A stretch of DNA of 64,000 nt, taken from the NCBI GenBank assembly GCA_951406725.2, contig OX597822.1:34720001-34784000 (forward strand), in the 5' to 3' direction. The notes beneath the pieces were generated by a model, which did no database searches, was not told the origin of the DNA, and saw only the letters and a program-made list of their open reading frames with translations. Source of the DNA: Octopus vulgaris. Lineage: Eukaryota. Positions 56,787 to 64,000 of the stretch are shown here, one piece after another. The translations under genes were made by a program, and so were the position numbers. Every line of letters begins with the position of its first letter. The first letter of the stretch is position 1.

Positions 56787-57217
56787 CAAGGAAAAGGGGA
56801 AAAAAAAATTTTTAAGCGATTATCTCCCCTACACCAGAGCATCAGAACAAACCGCCAGTCGAGTACTGACTGAGCAACAATAAGAAATTAAATAAATGAG
56901 AAGAGAATAAGAAATTATATCGTGAAGTTCGCGAATTTACAGCCGTTTTTGCTATAAGGTGCAAACCAACCATAAGTGCATTACATGCTATACCAGAAAC
57001 AGCTGAAAGTTAATGATATCCATAACATAGTCTCTTATTCCCTTGTAATTTAATTTCTTATTACTGCTCTAGGGTCAAATGACGATTCCTTCTGAAGTAT
57101 ATGTATACTTAGTTCTGATACCAAGCTAGCAGTATTGCCATGCATAAACAAATTAGTAAAATACAAAAATACTCATCCGGAAGTATCCTAACAAATAATC
57201 TTCTGACATTGGAACAA

Positions 57218-57273
<56 letters not shown>

Positions 57274-57581
57274 GGTAAAAAAATTCATTGAAGAGAGTTC
57301 CCCCAAGCAGTGAGAAAAAATATATAACAATAGAAGGAAAATGCACACTATATATTTTAAATATATTTTAAAAGGTAGAATATTATCATAGTGGGTTTCG
57401 TGTTACACTAAGCATGACTGGAAAGTTGGTGAAAATATTGCAATTTCGTATTATCTTAAGGACTTTTTAGTCAATGTTGCTTGTATAAGAGTTCGTTTGT
57501 AAATGAACAAGCTTGTAGAAAACTCTAAGAAAAGGTAATTAGTGATTGTTATAATTCAAGAGAAGGGGGAGTAATCACACA

Positions 57582-57620
<39 letters not shown>

Positions 57621-59379
57621 TGATTCTATTTTATGTACTGTATTCTGAGTCGAACCCCCGTTTCTTTCCACAAGAGAGATTATGAATATGCAAGAGTGAC
57701 TTATCAATTTCCCCAGTTTCTATCATAAACACAATAGTAAACGTTTTGGGTAAAATTACCGTTGATTTTAAGGTATCTTATATTTGCAACGGGCCAAATT
57801 TTGTCAGAGTGGATTATCGATTATATCGAAAGAATTTGACTAATACTTATTTATCGAGATCGTCAACATCGACGGTGTTTCAACTGAAAACATAGAGGTA
57901 ACTAAATCCCATAAGAGATTCACCTCGTTGCTCTAACGATTCAGCCAATTTTTTGGTTTGTTTGAGCTGAGAGATATTTGGCTGATATGTCTAACAGGTT
58001 TAGTGACCACGTAGAAGCATGTTCGTTCGTCGCTAGTTGTTTTGCTTTGATGGCCCTAGGTCCTGATCAATCAGATATGTAATAAAAGTAGTTTACAGTC
58101 GTTTTTGCTATAAGACGCAAAGCATTACAATAATATACATTACAAGTTGAGGTTTTGGAAGTTTCACTGTATTTTGATGCGTAAGTTTATAGATGTTCAT
58201 AACGTTGCTTTATTATCTTAAAGCGTTAGATTATGTCTTGGATGTCATTCCATAGTTAAGTTTTTTTACAAGCGCGATTCATCCATTTGGGTTTGGTTTC
58301 ATTCCATAATAAGTTTTGTTCGCCACGTAACACTTCGATTGTCTTATAGCTTGGTTTGTTTAAGGCGCAACACGTCGATTGTTACTTGGATTTCTCCCCA
58401 TAATTATAAGCTTAGATTTTAAAATCATTAATTAATTATAATTAATTTAATTTCCTAAATTAATTTAATTTCCTAAATAACTTTTGCATGATTAATATCG
58501 AAATCATTTAGACAACAGCATAATACGATCCAAACACCTGTTTTAATGTGCGCATTCAACCGGCGAGAAATAGTAGCTAAACCTCACATAAATTATGCTC
58601 TAACACTTTGAACATAGATTTTCTTATTCAAGATTGAACTGAGACTAAATAACAACAACTACTGCAAGAATACCACCACAATAATCGTTTCTACATTAGA
58701 CATGAGGCCACCAATTTGGGGAAAGACGTTTAGTCAAATACAACGACCCCGTTCTTAACTGCTGCTCACTTCATCGACCCCGAAACTCAAATTTGACACT
58801 CGAACTAGTCTGATTTCGATAATTCCTTCCATTTGTTCCACAGCCATGGTTGTTTAAAGCACAAAGTACGAAAGCGTGTCATTATGTTAAAAATTTCAAT
58901 TTTAACTTCCATTTTCATCGATAGTTAAGGTTGTCAAAAGCGTAACTGAAGAACACCTATCTTGACAAGCAAATTAATATTATAGATGACAATGTCTTTA
59001 TTATTAAAGCAAACATTAGTCAGCATGACTGAACTCTGAAGCAAACCCAACTGCGAATATAATTACTCGCTTTGGCATAATTATATGTGTGTTCGTCGCT
59101 GCAGTTGGCACAATTATATGTCTGTTCGTCGTTGCAGTTGCTGTTAATTAAGCGACCACTATTAAGATAGTCATAACGCCACCGCTACCATCTCCACAAC
59201 TGCTGTCACTCTTATTCTGATTGTTTTCTCTGATGATTTCAATGTTATATTTGTTTAATTTCGGTTTTTGTTTTCTGTTTTCGTTTATTATTCATATTTC
59301 TCATGATAATATTTTAAGATGATTATTATTTCGACATTGCTATTAATTTTGGTGTCAATTTTATTTGTGTCAAGCAGTG

Positions 59380-60520
59380 GAATGAAAGAAATGGTAAAGA
59401 ACCGAGCTGAATGAATTCTACAAGTGAGACGAATTCCAGCAACTAGCTCTTACATAGACGTGTGAACTGCTACAAACAAGAGTCACATTTCCCTCAGCTC
59501 ACACACAACACAGTCTTCGAAAATGGCATTATTTAGAAATGGGTTCTCTTCACATCGACAAAAAAACGGGATGGTCACAGCTTCAGTTCCTTTAATCCCA
59601 AACCAGCTTCATCAGGGCTGGCTTAGGGTTAAAACAACCAGTCAAAAACTTGCAGCATGCAAACATATCTCTATATAGTTACTAATCCTGCTAGACATAG
59701 CAGCTAACTATTTCATAGCTTACACGCTCCAGATTTATAAAGGACACATATAGAAACGAAAGCCAGGATTCTCTTCACATTGGAAAAAGACGAGATTAAC
59801 AGTAATTCCCAGCAGACGAACATGATTCTATGTAGTTACAAAACCCGCTAGACATAGACGTCAAATATTTTTACTCGATGGATACGCTTCGTTGTCTTAA
59901 AAACTGAGACAGTTTAGCTTAAAAGGGCCTGGGGATATCTTCCCATTTGGAAAAGGCAGAATGGCCACAATTTGAATTCCTTTTATTACATACGTAATTG
60001 ATCAGGAACGACCTAGGGCCATCAAAGAAGAACAACTAGCGACGAACGAACATGCTTCTACGTGGTCACTAAACCTGTTAGACATATTACCCCAATATCT
60101 CTCAGCTCAAACATTCTATCGTCTTAGAAAGGGCTGCTTTCGATAATATGGTTGTAGATTATCTTGTAGATAGGTAACAGAAATGATGGTCATAATTGGA
60201 TTAACTTCAATTATGCACCTACTTGATTAGTGCTAATCTGGTGTTAAACATCATCATCAGTATCAACAACAACAATAACAATTTCTAACAGTATCCGAGG
60301 AACTTCGAGTGCGCTGCCCTGCTGCTTCCTGGTCGCTCACCCTGCTAGAAATATCACCCAAGTCTTCAGGTCACACACCCTGTCATCTGAAAGAAGGAAA
60401 TGACATGTTTGTGCAGTCTTAGACATACACACCTTAAGAGAAACGGAATGGATGAACATGACAGGAACGCTTTGATTTTCAGGTCTGCTCACACAGGACT
60501 GAACTGGGGTTAAACTATAT
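59380..60520 (+). repeat. Five head-to-tail, highly diverged copies of an old interspersed repeat (about 160-250 bp each)
   Basis: Recurrent g(t/g)t.act.a.cctgctaga(c/a)atag ... gatggtca ... ggg(t/c)taaac motifs at about 59460, 59680, 59835, 60063 and 60331; dispersed copy at about 34945-35100. Confidence 0.6.
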
Positions 60521-60717
60521 ATTTCATCGTGTTGCAGGATGACCCCCGACCTCATATGGTTAGCTGAATCTCGGTTGAAACCCCTAGCTTGTAATCTTTC
60601 TATTGTTCATACTATATGGACCAGTTATATACAGGGGAAAAGGCAGTATCTAGAAAACGTTAACAAATCGATATCCTTAGGAAACAACCTTTTCGGTTAC
60701 TATCGCTTGTGAGCATC

Positions 60718-61181
60718 GATGATGACGACGATGATGATGATGACGACGTCGATGACAGATGATGATCACAATGATGATGACGACGATAACAGAAAATGAG
60801 GACAGATGATGATGATGATCTTGAATATAAAGATAGTGATGATGGTTGTTTTCATAATGATGATGATGTTGATGAAGAAGATGATAATGATGGACGATGA
60901 CGAAAATGATGTTGATAATGATGACGATTATATAGATGGTGAATGCGATATTTGTAGCGGTGGAGTTTGTTGTCGTTTACGTTGATGAAGATAGTTATAG
61001 CGGCGTTGGTGGTGGTAACGAAATTGATAATGAAGATGATGATGATGATGATGATGTTGAAGAGGAGGAGGATAATGATGATGGGGATGAAGATGATGAC
61101 GATGATGAAGATGATGATGCTGCTGCTCATGATGATCATGACGATGATGAAGATGATGATGATGACAATGATGATGATGAC

Positions 61182-61215
<34 letters not shown>

Positions 61216-61385
61216 ATAAAGATGATGATGATGATGACGATGATGATGAAGATAAAGATGATGATGATGAAAAGATGATGATAAGATGATGATGATGAAG
61301 ATGATAATGTTGATGATGACGACAATGACAACGACGAAGATGAAAACAACTACGAGGACGATGAAGACGATGATGATGATGATTC
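60718..61385. repeat. Degenerate (GAT)n trinucleotide tract
   Basis: Read directly. Confidence 0.92.
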
Positions 61386-61957
61386 AAATAGTAGTGTACT
61401 GAGATGCACAAGTATAACAATGAAAACCAATTGCCAAGTTACTATTACCATATAACGTATCATGTGCCAAGAATCTTTTTTTTTTTTTTGACAAAATATA
61501 TGGTGATGAAAAGGCGATATTAGCTCAATGGTTTATATTTATGTCTACAAGTGACACAATTCCGATATATTTCACTTTAATTGAATTTCCCCAAAGAAAA
61601 ATAGACTACACGATACTTACTGAACTGGTGAAGTTAGAACCCAGTAGAATATATACGCGTTTGGGTGACGTAGAAAATTAAGGGTATTGGCACTATGGTT
61701 GCGATGGCAGTTGTTTATCTGGGGTCAGCTTTGACCAAACAGAGCCTTAGATTAAAATGTTCTCCCTTTAACAAACGCTCTTCTGTGTATTTTACAGACA
61801 AAGGGTATGCCTGAGTATATTATATCATGCGATATGTATTAGGCTTTTATATGACACAGTAGCATATACTCAATGTTTTTATATTTACGAAAATATGGCG
61901 GCTCTTTCTAGCATTGATTTATAAGTTTGCGTTTACAGAGACGAAGGAATACACACA

Positions 61958-62006
<49 letters not shown>

Positions 62007-62079
62007 ACACACACGAACAGATACTTATATATGAATATACACATATGCGCATTTAAATATATATATACACATGCACAAT

Positions 62080-62136
<57 letters not shown>

Positions 62137-62615
62137 GAGAAATAGACAGATAAATATTCATATAAATACATATGCATACGCATCACGCACAAAAACAAAT
62201 AACATCTATAGAGTTTTATTTATGCATGTATCTACGTGTATATCTGGTCAATTTTTGAAACTAGAAGATGAAAAGACCGCCCAAAAACAGAAGCGATAAG
62301 CCGGTGCATTCAAACGAAGAGCCTTGTGAAATATGATACGACCAACTTTACACAGGCAACCCCTTGTCACTCTCACCAAATGCAATGCAATCACCCACGA
62401 TTAACAAACTTGTTGGAAACCCCCAAACAACGACGCTATTGTTTACTATTATGCTATATAAATTACAGACTTGAATTTATAAAAGTTTATGGCATATAAA
62501 TAGCTGTGAGTATAGTCTGAGCTTTGATAGGCAAATGCATTTTGGTGTCACAGCTTCTGAGATATGTCTGTAGTTAAGACACGTGGCTCTGAATTAACTG
62601 ACTTGAACTGGGTGT

Positions 62616-62652
<37 letters not shown>

Positions 62653-62679
62653 TACTATGTATGTGTGGGTATTTTTTAT

Positions 62680-63052
62680 CATTTATTTGTTTCAACCATC
62701 AGATCGCTTCAGAACCGCCTTGGAAGTTTTTGTTCAAATAAATCGACCTCAATACTCTATTTTTGCCTCGTACTTATTCTATCCGTTCTTTTGCCGAACC
62801 TCTAAGTTACGGGAAGGTAAACACATTAACACCGGTTGTTAAGTAGTGGAGGTGGTGGTGGTGATGGTGGATAAACACAGAGAAAATGATACACACATAT
62901 ACATGCACATACACAAACAGACATATATGCAATCCCCTCACAACGACTTGGGCCACCCGAGGAAATTTGAGAAAACACTTGCCGAAGATGCCACGAAGTG
63001 GGATTGAACTCAGAACCATGTAGTTGGAGACAAATTTCTTACCACACACCTC
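62680..63052 (-). mobile_element. Diverged family C SINE
   Basis: ttttgccgaacctctaagttacggg...aagatgccacgaagtgggattgaactcagaaccatg. Confidence 0.72.
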
Positions 63053-63584
63053 ATGTGTATATGCGTCTTTTCATGCAATACAGAAAAGACAGTTGAAACA
63101 TTACTCAATAATGAAAGTGATCGCATTTCATTTAATGCTTCGAAATCTCGCGTCATCCCGTGTAAACTACATGAATACTAATACGCACAATTTATCATTC
63201 AACTCGCGAAATTCTTGGCTTAAGATACATATATATTGCAGCACCACGTTAATAATATAAATCCCAAAGCGGGAAAAAATGGGAAAAGAGGAATAAGGAA
63301 ACAAAAAAGGCAAAAACACCAAGTGCCTCAGTTAGTCGCACAGCACAAGGGTCGACGGAATCTACTGAAGCAAACCAAGAAGCTCGCAGCATTGGCTCTG
63401 ACGATAGCGAGGCTAAGGCGTTGAAAGGGCCAAGTACCCTCGTGGGTATCACCTGACACCTCGGTGAAGCAAGCGGCTAACAATAACAATAACTTGGCCC
63501 TTGGCGACCCATAACCTCCAAACGTTTATATACTTCCATATATATGTGTATGTGCATGTGTATGTATGTGTGTGTACATATATT

Positions 63585-63618
<34 letters not shown>

Positions 63619-63685
63619 CATGTATGTATATATGTATGCATGATGAATGTATATATACATGTGTGTGTATGTGTGTATGTATGAT

Positions 63686-63751
<66 letters not shown>

Positions 63752-63887
63752 CGGAGATGTACTCGCATAGCAAGTAATTTGATCTGAGATCGTGTGCTGA
63801 AACGAAAACAATTGCAGCGTGGGAGGTGTTTATAAGCCATTTAAGAAACACACAAAAGCCGTTCGATTCTCCAACATTTAAGTTTAA

Positions 63888-63937
63888 TTTGTCAAAATAT
63901 TTTCGTCGCTAAACTCCGCGACCTGTTCACTGACAAA
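63888..63937 (-). ncRNA. Hammerhead ribozyme, G3-C8 variant
   Basis: tttgtca-GTGAACA-G-GTCGC(ggagttta)GCGAC-GAA-AATATT-T-tgacaaa; 7-bp stem I, 5-bp stem II, palindromic stem III. Confidence 0.72.
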
Positions 63938-63954
63938 GTCCGTGCTGCACGGAC

Positions 63955-64000
63955 TTTGTCAGTGAACAGGTCGCGGATTTTAGCGACGAAAATATTTTGA
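63955..64000 (+). ncRNA. Hammerhead ribozyme, G3-C8 variant (3' end cut by the window edge)
   Basis: tttgtca-GTGAACA-G-GTCGC(ggatttta)GCGAC-GAA-AATATT-T-tga... Confidence 0.68.

Larger units (their letters stand above)
63749..64000. mobile_element. Family E element forming a near-perfect palindrome centred on 63946 (runs off the window)
   Basis: ...ctgacaaagtccgtgc T gcacggactttgtcag...; one mismatch over about 54 visible bp per arm. Confidence 0.88.

Noticed and set aside
57400-57470. Possible decayed HHR on the minus strand (CTTAAGA...GAAACCC)
   Set aside because: Core mutated and no convincing stems.
60936-61289. Asp-rich ORF resembling an acidic biomineralisation protein
   Set aside because: Lies in a degenerate (GAT)n tract with frame breaks on both sides, and no signal peptide or splice support; a similar tract is at 4428-4635.

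Overview
AT-rich, microsatellite-saturated eukaryotic DNA. The SINE families and repeat load suggest a cephalopod such as Octopus, which is an inference. No host protein-coding gene can be supported, and almost all ORFs in the track are microsatellite artefacts. Recognisable content: a near-intact Tc1 (DD34E, 224-bp IR/DR TIRs), a decayed mariner, a mariner MITE, a pogo/Tigger end, a complete non-autonomous Helitron, 3' fragments of CR1/L2-group, RTE and R4/Dong LINEs, two Penelope-like (PLE) GIY-YIG remnants, and three tRNA-derived SINE families. The main signal is about 21 hammerhead-ribozyme (HHR) motifs, intact and decayed, from about 11 different short repeat families. They were folded by eye, mostly sit next to (TA)n tracts, and several form tandem or inverted/palindromic arrays in PLE/retrozyme style. 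Between families the tertiary 3-8 base pair co-varies as C3-G8, U3-A8 and G3-C8. Stem III is nearly always a self-complementary palindrome, and one HHR sits downstream of a tRNA-type Pol III head. Minus-strand motifs are quoted as their reverse complement.
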